64,000 nt of DNA from Candidatus Uhrbacteria bacterium (GCA_016844925.1 JAERTI010000038.1:2936-66935); one strand, 5' to 3'; positions 17,650 to 26,523 are shown, counted from the stretch's first letter. Notes: generated by a model not told the origin, from the letters alone. Translations and numbers: made by a program.

Positions 17650-19107
17650 ATGACAAGAATTTGGAGGTCTTCACTTGTTCGTTCCGCATATGGGGGCGCT
17701 GTTCAGGGATTTTATTATGGGCTTGCCTTTGTTCAGGCACCAATTTTGCTTGCGTTTGAAAAAGTTCTTCCGGTAGACACGCGAAAAGCGTTGTGGCGGA
17801 ACGTCTCCTACCTGAATTCACAGATGCTTTATGCTCTTTGGGGACTGAAGATTAAGGTGGATGATCGTCGAGATGGAGAGGGGCCATTTGTTTACATGTG
17901 TAACCATCCGTCAGCCTTTGATGGGTTTACCTGTTTTGGGTTGGTTGGTCCCAATGTCACAATGCTTACCGGGCCGAGAAAAATGTTCCCATACCCATTT
18001 AACTTTTGGTTCAAGAAAACAGGAGCCATTGATGTGATGCGCGATTGGTATGACGACGAGCATTTCAAGGATGGAGATTCTACGCCACGGCAGGAGGCCA
18101 TCGAGGAGCTTGTTCGTCGAGCGAAATCTGGAGAGAGTGTGTTCTTGTTTGGTGAGGGGCACATCGAGCGATCAGGTAGGTTGCAATACATTCATACGGG
18201 AGCTGCTCGGGTGGCGATCAAGGCTGGTGTGCCACTGGTGCCCATGTCACTTGTTGGGGAACAGAAGCTCATCTCAAAGCATCAGATGCGACCAGGGAAG
18301 TTAAAGGTTGTTTTTGGGGAGCCTATTCATCCACCAAAGGTCTCGACAGATAAGCAGTTTCGTAAGGCAGTGATTAAGCTTAGGGACCATGCCTGGAAGA
18401 TGATGCGTGAGCAGTTGCCACATCGGTATCAACGAGATTTTTTTAACGAGGGAGTAAGGGAGGATGTGGGAGTCTTTGTCGACATCGATGGAACGATTTA
18501 TAAGGGATATTCAATGAAAGATTTTTTTCGTTGGCTTATCCGCAAGGGACACTTATCAAAAGAGCAGATACGGGCTGTTGAAAAAGCGGTGTTTCTAAAT
18601 GCGACAAATGTTCTTTCTCATGCGGAGATGATGGAAGGCATTGCTAAGAGCTTTGCTGGCTGGAAGCAGCTAGATCTTCAAAGATATGCCAGAGAGTTTT
18701 ATGAGGAGGAGGGATATAAGAAGTACAATCACCATCTCTTAGGGTTCATGAAAGATCATCAAGAGTGCAAACATCGATTGGTGATTATTTCTGAGACGAT
18801 TCAGCCACTAGCTGAATGCTTCAGAGATGTCATTGGGGCAGAGGAGGTGTTTGGATCAAAGATGGAAGTGAGAAACGGGGTCTACACAGGGAAGATTTTG
18901 CGTCTGATGAGAGACAAGGAAAAGCGTTCCTGTGCGCAGGTCTATGCGCAGAATCATGATCTAAACATTCACGACAGCTTTGCTTACGCGGACTCTATGT
19001 CAGACCTTCCGATGTTTAGACTGGTGGGGCATCCTGTGGTTGTTGATCCCCATAACAGTGCATTATCCGCTATAGCCAAGAAGCGTCATTGGGAGATGAT
19101 TCATTAG
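17650..19107 (+). CDS. fusion protein: 1-acyl-sn-glycerol-3-phosphate acyltransferase (PlsC-like) domain plus a HAD-IB phosphatase-like domain
   Basis: HX4D acyltransferase motif in MCNHPSAFDGF. HAD motif I in VFVDIDGTIYKG. Start ambiguous between TTG 17632 and ATG 17650. Confidence 0.7.
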   Translation: MTRIWRSSLVRSAYGGAVQGFYYGLAFVQAPILLAFEKVLPVDTRKALWRNVSYLNSQMLYALWGLKIKVDDRRDGEGPFVYMCNHPSAFDGFTCFGLVGPNVTMLTGPRKMFPYPFNFWFKKTGAIDVMRDWYDDEHFKDGDSTPRQEAIEELVRRAKSGESVFLFGEGHIERSGRLQYIHTGAARVAIKAGVPLVPMSLVGEQKLISKHQMRPGKLKVVFGEPIHPPKVSTDKQFRKAVIKLRDHAWKMMREQLPHRYQRDFFNEGVREDVGVFVDIDGTIYKGYSMKDFFRWLIRKGHLSKEQIRAVEKAVFLNATNVLSHAEMMEGIAKSFAGWKQLDLQRYAREFYEEEGYKKYNHHLLGFMKDHQECKHRLVIISETIQPLAECFRDVIGAEEVFGSKMEVRNGVYTGKILRLMRDKEKRSCAQVYAQNHDLNIHDSFAYADSMSDLPMFRLVGHPVVVDPHNSALSAIAKKRHWEMIH

Positions 19108-19121
19108 TGTGGAGAACCTGG

Positions 19122-19150
19122 TTGACCTTCTGTGATCTATGGGTTAGTAT
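19122..19150 (+). promoter_or_regulatory. promoter TTGACC-N17-TAGTAT for the tRNA-Tyr/tRNA-Thr/rpmG cluster
   Basis: Consensus-like -35 and -10 boxes 15 nt upstream of tRNA-Tyr. Confidence 0.6.
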
Positions 19151-19164
19151 TTTCCCGCCTTTAT

Positions 19165-19249
19165 GGGTCGGTACCGAAGTGGTCAACCGGGGCAGACTGT
19201 AAATCTGCTGGCATCGCCTTCGCAGGTTCGAATCCTGCCCGGCCCACCA
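19165..19249 (+). tRNA. tRNA-Tyr (anticodon GUA), long variable arm
   Basis: Acceptor GGGTCGG/CCGGCCC (one G-U pair), anticodon loop CTGTAAA, T-arm GTTCGAATC, CCA encoded. Confidence 0.85.
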
Positions 19250-19290
19250 CCGAGCTTTGCTCGATGGGATGGATTTATAAGCAAAAATAC

Positions 19291-19366
19291 GCCGCCTTAG
19301 CTCAGTTGGTAGAGCAACGGTTTTGTAAACCGTAGGTCGTCGGTTCGAGCCCGACAGGCGGCTCCA
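19291..19366 (+). tRNA. tRNA-Thr (anticodon UGU)
   Basis: Acceptor GCCGCCT/AGGCGGC, anticodon stem ACGGT/ACCGT with loop TTTGTAA, T-arm GTCGG TTCGAGC CCGAC, CCA encoded. Confidence 0.85.
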
Positions 19367-19415
19367 TTGACACATTCTGGTAGAAACGGTATTGTCCGCG
19401 CCGTAAACGAATACT

Positions 19416-19571
19416 ATGTCTCAAGATAATCTCATCAATTTGGAGTGCACAGAATGCAAGCGTTCTGGGTACCGAAGCCACAAGAACAAGAAGAAGCTCA
19501 AGGATCGTCTTGAGATCAAGAAGTTCTGTAAGTGGTGCAAGACACACGTGCTCCATAAGGAGACCAAATAA
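19416..19571 (+). CDS. rpmG: 50S ribosomal protein L33
   Basis: 51-aa ORF not in the track: [51 protein letters not shown] with the CxxC..CxxC zinc ribbon typical of L33. Sits between the tRNA cluster and tRNA-Trp. Confidence 0.85.
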   Translation: MSQDNLINLECTECKRSGYRSHKNKKKLKDRLEIKKFCKWCKTHVLHKETK

Positions 19572-19620
19572 AAAAGCGAGTCATGAAGACTCGCGTGAAA
19601 GCCGACCTGCGTGGTCGGTT
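19572..19620. terminator. back-to-back hairpins serving rpmG (+) and the high-GC 194-aa gene (-)
   Basis: gcgagtcatgaagactcgc precedes TTTTTT on the minus strand. gccgacctgcgtggtcggt is followed by TTTC on the plus strand. Confidence 0.65.
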
Positions 19621-19622
19621 TT

Positions 19623-20207
19623 CTAGTTGCCCCGAATGCGGGCCAGGGCCGTGAGGATGTTCGCCCAGTCGTGCTCGGTGTCACCGTCGGGGTTCTGATC
19701 GATCCACTGCGCAACGATGCGGCCACCGTTGACCAGGGTGATGCCGTTGCGGACGCGGGGACCGCTGTTGAGCTTGATGCCGAGGATGCGGCGCAGGGTC
19801 TCCGAGGGGAGAAACACCGTGCGCTTGCCGGCCAGGCTCTCGATGCCGTGGTGGGTGCAGAGCTCACCGGCGCCGTAGACCGGCGCGCTGATGTAGGCGC
19901 GGTCGGTGTGACCGATCATGAGCAGTGCCGGCGTCTCCAGTTCGCAGGCGCGCTGCAAGAGCTGCTCGACTTCATCGAAGTGCTCCAGCCTCTTGATCGA
20001 GAGGATCAGGACCGGATCCTCGCTCGGCAGGATGCCGATGTGGATCGGCTTGTCCTGCGTGATGAGCCCGTCTCCTTCCGGACGCCAGAACGGCGTCATG
20101 GTGGCATCGGCAGGGAAGTCGCTCAGCAACGTCTGCGTCGACGTGCTGGGGGGCGGCTTCGTGGCCGGGGGCTGCTTGGGCCCGATCTGGGGGGTACGTC
20201 CTTCCAT
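19623..20207 (-). CDS. hypothetical protein (194 aa), high GC, Pro-rich N-terminus
   Basis: ATG at 20205-20207 (reverse strand) with GAGGAG 7 nt upstream; the track's TTG at 20213 is 2 codons longer. Own promoter and terminator. No domain recognised. Confidence 0.55.
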   Translation of the reverse strand: MEGRTPQIGPKQPPATKPPPSTSTQTLLSDFPADATMTPFWRPEGDGLITQDKPIHIGILPSEDPVLILSIKRLEHFDEVEQLLQRACELETPALLMIGHTDRAYISAPVYGAGELCTHHGIESLAGKRTVFLPSETLRRILGIKLNSGPRVRNGITLVNGGRIVAQWIDQNPDGDTEHDWANILTALARIRGN

Positions 20208-20275
20208 CTTCAAACTCCTCGATCTTCTGTAGTGGTTCAGCGTGCTCGCATCATTCAGCGGTTAGCACGAGCGGG

Positions 20276-20304
20276 ATTCTAAGGGTTTTGGGGGTTCGGG
20301 TCAA
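20276..20304 (-). promoter_or_regulatory. promoter TTGACC-N17-TAGAAT for the 194-aa high-GC gene
   Basis: Read on the minus strand: cTTGACC cgaacccccaaaaccct TAGAAT. Confidence 0.5.
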
Positions 20305-20357
20305 GGTGGGGATGTGGATTGGTTAAACGGTGGATCTACGATAAACTATCTTCTGTT

Positions 20358-21536
20358 ATGTCGAATAATCCCGTTGTTATCATTGGAGGAGGATTTGCTG
20401 GTGTGTACACCACAAAAGAGCTACTGAAGCTTGGTATCCCAGTTCTTCTTATTTCAGAAACAAATCACTTCACGTTCACGCCGTTGCTGCATGAGGTTGC
20501 TACAGGCTCGCTCATCAGCCATGACGTGATTTTTGAATACGAAAGTTTTTTCCCACAGGACGGGTTCGAGTTTGTGCGCGGATGGTGTGATGGAATTGAT
20601 CGAGCAAACAAGACGGTTTCTGTGGGTTCGAGAACGATTGCGTACAGCCAGCTCGTGATTGCGACGGGGGCCACGACGAACCCTTGGAAGATTGAGGGGG
20701 TTGAGCATGCGCTTGTTTTGAAAAACGTTGAGGATGCTGTGAAGCTTAAGCGGGCGATCTTGTCTAAGATTCAAGATGGCGATCATCACACGTGTATTTC
20801 CGTTATTGGTGGAGGGCCCACAGGGCTTGAGTTGATTTTCGATATTGCTCAAATGCTTGCTGAGCTCAAGAAGAAAAATAGAGAGATGAGCTACACGGTG
20901 CGGATGATTCATTCTCGTGACACGTTCTGTCAGACGGAGCAGGAGAGTGTTCAGACGTATATTCGTCAGGCACTTGATAAGGCAGGGATTGAAGTTGTTT
21001 GCGGCGCGTACGCACAAGCGATTACCGAGACGCAGGTTGTGACAAGTGTTGGAACGTTTGATTCGAACGTGACCGTGCTTAGTGCGGGTGTGCGTCCGAA
21101 CACGGATATGTTCAAGGGAGACCTTGAGCTTGATGAGCGTGGGCATGTGCTGGTGAATGAGCATCTGCAGACACTTCAGGATCCATCGATTTTTGCGGTG
21201 GGGGATGTGGCGTCGTTTGACGGCACACCTATTCCAAAGCTGGCACAGATCGCTGTGAGGGAAGCGCCAGTGGCGGCTCAAAATATTGCGATCGTACATC
21301 GGGGCGCGGGGGAGCCGATGAAGGTCTATACGCCAAAGACGCTCGGGATACTCTTCTCTCTTGGGTTCGGAGACGGTGTTGGAGTTATCCAGAGTCGTAT
21401 TTTCAAGGGGGTTCTTGCGTGGTATCTTTGGCGCACGGTGTATTTATTTAAAACCCCTGGATTGGGCAATAAACTGCGTGTAGCCTTTAGCTGGACGCTT
21501 GGATTGTTCCAAGGCAGGAATTTAACTGAACTGTAA
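20358..21536 (+). CDS. ndh: type II NADH dehydrogenase / FAD-dependent pyridine nucleotide-disulfide oxidoreductase
   Basis: N-terminal FAD fold VVIIGGGFAG and a second Rossmann motif SVIGGGPTG. Confidence 0.75.
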   Translation: MSNNPVVIIGGGFAGVYTTKELLKLGIPVLLISETNHFTFTPLLHEVATGSLISHDVIFEYESFFPQDGFEFVRGWCDGIDRANKTVSVGSRTIAYSQLVIATGATTNPWKIEGVEHALVLKNVEDAVKLKRAILSKIQDGDHHTCISVIGGGPTGLELIFDIAQMLAELKKKNREMSYTVRMIHSRDTFCQTEQESVQTYIRQALDKAGIEVVCGAYAQAITETQVVTSVGTFDSNVTVLSAGVRPNTDMFKGDLELDERGHVLVNEHLQTLQDPSIFAVGDVASFDGTPIPKLAQIAVREAPVAAQNIAIVHRGAGEPMKVYTPKTLGILFSLGFGDGVGVIQSRIFKGVLAWYLWRTVYLFKTPGLGNKLRVAFSWTLGLFQGRNLTEL

Positions 21537-21541
21537 GACAT

Positions 21542-22315
21542 ATGTTCAAGCACTTGTTTCCCGTACTCTTGTTCCCCCTCATTCTTCTTGGCGCCGGTTG
21601 TGCACCAGAGCCAGTAGTAGAGGTGGAGACTACAGAAGAGGAGGAGGCTGCTGTCCTATTGTTGGACGGAACGTACGACCTAGTCGTGGAGGAGAGTGTT
21701 GTTACCTGGGAGGGATCTAAAGTTGTTGTTGAGACAACGCATAATGGAACCGTTAACGCCGATAGTGGTCGTTTGACTGTTGAGGGAGGTGAAGTTACTG
21801 GAGGGACGGTGACGGTTGATATGGCAACCATCAAGAGTCTCGATTTGGATGAGGCTGGTGGAGCAAAGCTCGATGGTCACTTGAAGTCAGCAGATTTCTT
21901 TGGTGTGGCAACACATCCAGCGGCAACGTTTACCATCACAAGCGTTGATGGAAGCGCTGTCACAGGAACCATGACGATCAAGGGTATTGATCGAGAGGTG
22001 AGCTTCGACGCTGATATTGAAGCTGAGGGAGCAGAGATTGGCCTTGAGGCTACACTCGAGCTTGACCGAACGCTCTGGGATGTCCGTTATGGATCAGATA
22101 CATTCTTCGATGAGCTAGGTGACGCTGTTATTAGCGACACATTCACCATTGGGCTCGACCTTGAGTTCTTGAACCCAGACGCACCAGTTGTCGTTGAAGA
22201 GGCTGGAGACGCTGAGGGTGAAGAGGATGCAGAAGAGGTTGAGGCTGAGGGAGATGCCATGGAAGCCGGAGAAGGTGAAGAGATGGCTGAAGAGGGTACC
22301 GAGCTCGCTGAATAA
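21542..22315 (+). CDS. YceI-like domain lipoprotein with an acidic C-terminal tail
   Basis: Signal plus lipobox LLGAGC. YceI-like segment (KSADFFGVATHPAATFTITSV...). Terminator at 22332-22356. Confidence 0.6.
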   Translation: MFKHLFPVLLFPLILLGAGCAPEPVVEVETTEEEEAAVLLLDGTYDLVVEESVVTWEGSKVVVETTHNGTVNADSGRLTVEGGEVTGGTVTVDMATIKSLDLDEAGGAKLDGHLKSADFFGVATHPAATFTITSVDGSAVTGTMTIKGIDREVSFDADIEAEGAEIGLEATLELDRTLWDVRYGSDTFFDELGDAVISDTFTIGLDLEFLNPDAPVVVEEAGDAEGEEDAEEVEAEGDAMEAGEGEEMAEEGTELAE

Positions 22316-22331
22316 ACTTGAACTGAGACAA

Positions 22332-22356
22332 AACGAGGTCGATTGACCTCGTTTTT
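22332..22356 (+). terminator. rho-independent terminator after the YceI-like gene
   Basis: aaacgaggtcgattgacctcgttttt. Confidence 0.8.
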
Positions 22357-22412
22357 GTTTTCCGATACCCTCTGCCGTTGCCGACAGTTTCGGTGATGAG
22401 AAGGAGAACATC

Positions 22413-24428
22413 GTGAGTTATGCACTGATCACGGGTGGCGGAACGACTGCCCCCGTGGATGTGATTCGCTCCATGGCCAACAGTGCCAAGGGAAGCTTCG
22501 CCATCGAGTTCGCACAGCAGTTTCAGCGTCGCGGTGTTCCTGTGGTGCTGGTGCTTTCCAAGGTGGCCAACGCCTTCAACGGCAGCCGGATCCCCAAGGG
22601 GGTCGAGGTGCTGCTCTACGAGACCTACGACGACTACATCCGCACCATCGCCTGCCTGCTCTCGCGGCGAGGTCAGCCGGCCTATGCGCTCAGCGCGGCG
22701 GCTGTGAGCGACTTCGGGAAGCTCGAGCCGGTGGTGGGCAAGATCAGTTCCGGTGGCAAGCTCACCCTCGAGCTCGATCCGCTCCCCAAGGTACTGGACA
22801 GCTGGCGCCCTCAGATGGGCAAGGCCTGCACGATCGTCGGCTTCAAGCTGATGAGCGCGCAGACATCCACGGTGGCGCAGGTGCTCGCGGCCGCGCGCAA
22901 GCAGAACAAGCGGGCGCGGTTGAACATGACCCTTGCCAACATCAAGGAGGAGATCACCGGTGGGATTCACCCTGTCTGGATGGTCACCCCCGACGGCGGC
23001 ACGGTTCGCATCGACGGCTACGCCGACGAAGTGGCACGGCAGGTGGTGGATCACATCATCCGCATCCACTACACGACGTGGCACCGAAGCGTGCGTCAGG
23101 GCGCTTTCGAAGAAGCGAGAGTGAGTTCGGGGGTGCTGGAGGAGCTTGCTTCGCCGATCATCGAGCTGGCTCAGCGGGTGGGGTTGCTCACGGATGCGTC
23201 CGGGAACATCTCTGTCTGTGACCCTGGGGTCGACGAGACCTTGCTGGTTTCGCCTCGTGGCGTCGACAAGTCGAAGTTGCGTGCCCGGGACATGGTGGTC
23301 GTTCAGCTGGGTGACGCGGGAGATCATGTGGTCCGTTGGTGGGGCAAGCAGGGAACCAAGCCCTCCATCGACACATCGGTGGTGCTGACCCTCAAGGGGC
23401 AGCTCAAGCCGTTCCAGGCCTCTCTGCACTTCCATGATGGCTGGGTTCTCGGCGACATCCCGCGCACGCGCCTGGCGTACCCCTGCGGAACGCTGGAGCA
23501 AGCCGCGGTGATCCGGGAGGCGGCGGCGAGCTTCCCGCGAAGGGCGTACTTCTGTCCCAACAAGCGGGGCCACAGCCTGATGATTGAGCTGCGCGACCAT
23601 GGACACATCCTGTTCGTGCACGAGCTGCGGACGTTGGTTCGTCGGCTTTCTCGCGAGTGGGATGCGGTCCTCAGCGCGTATCGACAGCACCTTGCTGACA
23701 TCGGTCGCGAGGACTTCATGGAGCGCATTCGTGTTCAGCCCATCTGGCTCGTCAACGAGATCATCGGTCTCACGGCAGAACTCGACGGCAACCGCTCCTT
23801 CTACTTGCTGGAGACCGCTCGCGGTAAGGGCCTGGGTGAGCAGCTCATCGAGCTGATCTACAGGCGCGGCCAGCAGGTCGTCGCTCACGACGGCTGCGGT
23901 GTGGCAGACTTCTACCGCCGCCGCGGATTCCGAACGGTCGAGCGCATCGAGGAAGAGGGTCTGACGGTCCTCGAACCGCCGACGCTTCGTCAGGACCTCA
24001 TCGACGCGACGACGGTCACGTTCCACTGCACCACGACGGATCGAGTGCTGCTCATCCAGCGCGGAGAGGGAACGACCTATCCCGAGTGGTGGGCCAACCC
24101 TGGCGGCCGAGATGATGAGGGTGATCGCAACCCTGTCGCCACGGCCGTGCGTGAGGGGCTCGAGGAGATCGGTGTGGACTTCACGGGGCTTCCGGATCCG
24201 GACAGGATCACGGTGCACTACACCGGCTGGGTGAACCCCAAGGCTCCTCAGCAGGAGCGCGGCTACCGGGTCAAGCACCTGGTGGTCCCGGTCGTGATCG
24301 AGTTCGAGCCGCATCCCGACGGCAGTGAGGTCACCGACGCGCAGTGGTCCTCCAAGGACGAGGCGCGCGAACGAAAGATGGGGCCCGCCACGCGCGCGAC
24401 GCTCCGCAAGATCTGGTCGGACTTCTAG
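22413..24428 (+). CDS. four-domain fusion protein: CoaB-like (phosphopantothenate--cysteine ligase-like) / class II aldolase-adducin-like / GNAT-like / NUDIX hydrolase; high GC
   Basis: N-terminus ITGGGTTAPVD...SAKGSFA...DFGKLEPVVGKISSGGKLTLEL follows the CoaB pattern. Middle SGNISVC, LVSPRGV, HFHDGW, RDHGHILF follow the FucA/AraD pattern. Then ARGKGLGEQL (GNAT-like). C-terminal Nudix box GGRDDEGDRNPVATAVREGLEEIGV. GTG start at 22413 with AAGGAG upstream. Confidence 0.7.
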   Translation: MSYALITGGGTTAPVDVIRSMANSAKGSFAIEFAQQFQRRGVPVVLVLSKVANAFNGSRIPKGVEVLLYETYDDYIRTIACLLSRRGQPAYALSAAAVSDFGKLEPVVGKISSGGKLTLELDPLPKVLDSWRPQMGKACTIVGFKLMSAQTSTVAQVLAAARKQNKRARLNMTLANIKEEITGGIHPVWMVTPDGGTVRIDGYADEVARQVVDHIIRIHYTTWHRSVRQGAFEEARVSSGVLEELASPIIELAQRVGLLTDASGNISVCDPGVDETLLVSPRGVDKSKLRARDMVVVQLGDAGDHVVRWWGKQGTKPSIDTSVVLTLKGQLKPFQASLHFHDGWVLGDIPRTRLAYPCGTLEQAAVIREAAASFPRRAYFCPNKRGHSLMIELRDHGHILFVHELRTLVRRLSREWDAVLSAYRQHLADIGREDFMERIRVQPIWLVNEIIGLTAELDGNRSFYLLETARGKGLGEQLIELIYRRGQQVVAHDGCGVADFYRRRGFRTVERIEEEGLTVLEPPTLRQDLIDATTVTFHCTTTDRVLLIQRGEGTTYPEWWANPGGRDDEGDRNPVATAVREGLEEIGVDFTGLPDPDRITVHYTGWVNPKAPQQERGYRVKHLVVPVVIEFEPHPDGSEVTDAQWSSKDEARERKMGPATRATLRKIWSDF

Positions 24429-24436
24429 TCTGGCAC

Positions 24437-24461
24437 CCCCGCCACAAAAGCGGGGTTTTTT
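24437..24461 (+). terminator. rho-independent terminator after the fusion gene
   Basis: ccccgccacaaaagcggggtttttt. Confidence 0.8.
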
Positions 24462-24528
24462 GATTGATGTTGGTTGACATGAGGGTGTTCGTGTATTATG
24501 AAGAGTGAGCATCCAACCTGGAGGGATC

Positions 24529-25350
24529 ATGCACATGCGTTCTTTGCTCTTGCCTTTCTGCCTCTTCGCTCTGGTGAGCTGCACGCCGCCGGACGCCGAG
24601 GATCCGTTCGTGAAGTCGGACGACAGCGACAACACCGGCACCGTCGAAGACTCCGACGACGGAGATGGCGGTGGTGACACGGACGACGACGACAGCGCCG
24701 AGCCGGTCGACGAAGACGGTGACGGGTACAGCCCCGATCTGGACGACCAGGACTGCGACGACAGCGACGACACGATCTACCCGGGCGCGCCCGAGGTCTG
24801 CGGCGATGGCATCGACCAGGACTGCGACGGTTCGGATCTCGAGTGCGAAGAGAAGACCGGTGAGTGGAGCGCCATCGTGTGCGAGATGGAGCACAGCTGG
24901 TTCCGCGACGACGAGATCGAGTGGGAGATCGAGTGGTACGAGGATCGTGGTGGTGACGACCCCCTCGAGGTGGGCGTCGCCTTCAACTACCTCATGGAGG
25001 AAGACCAGCTCATCCAGGCCGACGCCTACACGGTGACCTGGCCCACGCACTACGAGAGCCTCGAGTCCTACCCCGTCTACGACGGCGAGGTCGACTACGA
25101 CGGTCAGCCCCTCAACTTCACCAGCTTCCGCATGGAGTGGAGCGACCGGAGCGAGCCCCAGCCGGGCCTCTACGACTTCTTCGACGCCGCGGGCAACATG
25201 ACCCTCAGCCCCGGAGACGTCGTCTCCTTCGCCATGTGGTCCTGGAGCGACTACGACGGCGAGCCCGTCTACCTCCACTGGACCATCAACGAGTACGGCA
25301 TGGAGGACTACTACGGGACCTGCTACCTGACCTGGTCCACCGAGGAGTAG
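24529..25350 (+). CDS. Asp-rich lipoprotein with a MopE-type (Myxococcus-type) cysteine-rich putative metal-binding motif; high GC
   Basis: Signal plus lipobox MRSLLLPFCLFALVSC. Motif DEDGDGYSPDLDDQDCDDSDDTIYPGAPEVCGDGIDQDCDGSD. GGAGG 4 nt upstream of the ATG at 24529. Confidence 0.65.
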   Translation: MHMRSLLLPFCLFALVSCTPPDAEDPFVKSDDSDNTGTVEDSDDGDGGGDTDDDDSAEPVDEDGDGYSPDLDDQDCDDSDDTIYPGAPEVCGDGIDQDCDGSDLECEEKTGEWSAIVCEMEHSWFRDDEIEWEIEWYEDRGGDDPLEVGVAFNYLMEEDQLIQADAYTVTWPTHYESLESYPVYDGEVDYDGQPLNFTSFRMEWSDRSEPQPGLYDFFDAAGNMTLSPGDVVSFAMWSWSDYDGEPVYLHWTINEYGMEDYYGTCYLTWSTEE

Positions 25351-25364
25351 CCTCACGGCCACGC

Positions 25365-25393
25365 ACTCCCGAGCTCCTTGCTCGGGATTTTTT
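25365..25393 (+). terminator. rho-independent terminator after the lipoprotein gene
   Basis: cccgagctccttgctcggg followed by ATTTTTT. Confidence 0.75.
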
Positions 25394-25425
25394 ATTGCCG
25401 AAAGGTTTGTTATGCTTTGTTCGAT

Positions 25426-26160
25426 ATGTTTGCATTGTTTTCACCATCAGAGGGAAAGTCATCCGGAGGCACGGGCGCGTTTGAGGATGTTAGGGAGAAG
25501 CTTCCTGGTGGATGGGAGATTCGTTCAGGGTTTGCGGAAGTCTATGAGCAGATTCTGCAGGAGGGAAGTGAGGAACAAAAAAAGAAGCTGACTGGCTGGA
25601 TAGATGTGTCTAAGATCGATGCATTGCCGAGCGCTCTGAGGTCAGCACCTGTGCGTATGGCTCTGGAGCGGTACACGGGGGTGGGGTATCAGTATCTCGA
25701 TGTGGCAACACTGTCAGATCCGCAGCGGGTATTTCTCTCTGAGCAAGTACTGATCTTTTCAAACTTGTTGGGACCTGTGAGGGGAGGGGATTTAATTCCT
25801 GAGTACAAAGCAAAGACACTCCCTCTACACTCGGGGGCGGCAATCGCTCGTCATTATCGACAGCACACGTCGAGAATGCTAGATAAAATTATTGATCCTG
25901 ATCCCGTGTTGGATTTAAGAGCAGGGGCCTTTAAGGGATTCTACGAACCGAAGGGCGAGGTGATCGAGTATCGTTTTTTGAAAGAAGGAAAGAGCGTGAA
26001 TCATTGGTCCAAAGCCTATAGGGGGTTAGTGCTCAGAGCCTTCGCGCAGAATAGACCAAGTTCGGTTCAAGAGATGATCGAGCTGGAGATTCCGGGACTT
26101 AATCGCGTTGACGTCCAAGCGGGCGGCAACAAGACGTTGATTACCTGCGAGGCTCAATAA
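25426..26160 (+). CDS. yaaA: peroxide-stress protein YaaA (UPF0246/DUF328)
   Basis: N-terminal MFALFSPSEGK resembles the YaaA start; the YTGVGYQYLD region and the roughly 245-aa length fit. A perfect hairpin gactcttttcaaagagtc lies downstream. Confidence 0.6.
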   Translation: MFALFSPSEGKSSGGTGAFEDVREKLPGGWEIRSGFAEVYEQILQEGSEEQKKKLTGWIDVSKIDALPSALRSAPVRMALERYTGVGYQYLDVATLSDPQRVFLSEQVLIFSNLLGPVRGGDLIPEYKAKTLPLHSGAAIARHYRQHTSRMLDKIIDPDPVLDLRAGAFKGFYEPKGEVIEYRFLKEGKSVNHWSKAYRGLVLRAFAQNRPSSVQEMIELEIPGLNRVDVQAGGNKTLITCEAQ

Positions 26161-26229
26161 CAGCGTCTTTACACAAGACTCTTTTCAAAGAGTCAGGTTC
26201 CTGTATAATGCCCGCGGATAGTCCAATAG

Positions 26230-26304
26230 AGGGGTGTAGTGAAATGGCTATCACTAGGGTCTCCAAAACCCTCATTCAGGGTTCGAATCCCTGCACCCCT
26301 GCCA
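26230..26304 (+). tRNA. tRNA-Trp (anticodon CCA)
   Basis: Acceptor AGGGGTG/CACCCCT, D-stem GTGA/TCAC, anticodon stem AGGGT/ACCCT with loop CTCCAAA, CCA encoded. Extended -10 TGTATAAT at 26203-26210. Confidence 0.85.
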
Positions 26305-26305
26305 G

Positions 26306-26337
26306 CAAAAAATCCGAGCAAGGCTCGGGTTTTTTGT
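26306..26337 (+). terminator. rho-independent terminator after tRNA-Trp
   Basis: tccgagcaaggctcgggtttttt. Confidence 0.8.
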
Positions 26338-26523
26338 TGATTTGGTTGTCTGGCTAGGGATCCGAACCGGAGGGATGGTAAGAAGAGTGCCTAATGTACG
26401 GACGGTCCGTTTATGCATGGACATATAAAATATTGCTAAAGCCGCCTTACCGGCCCGGCCAGTAAATCTAAAACCACCTGACCTCAGTCGGGTGGTAGAT
26501 TAACCCCTGGGTGTATTTTCAAG

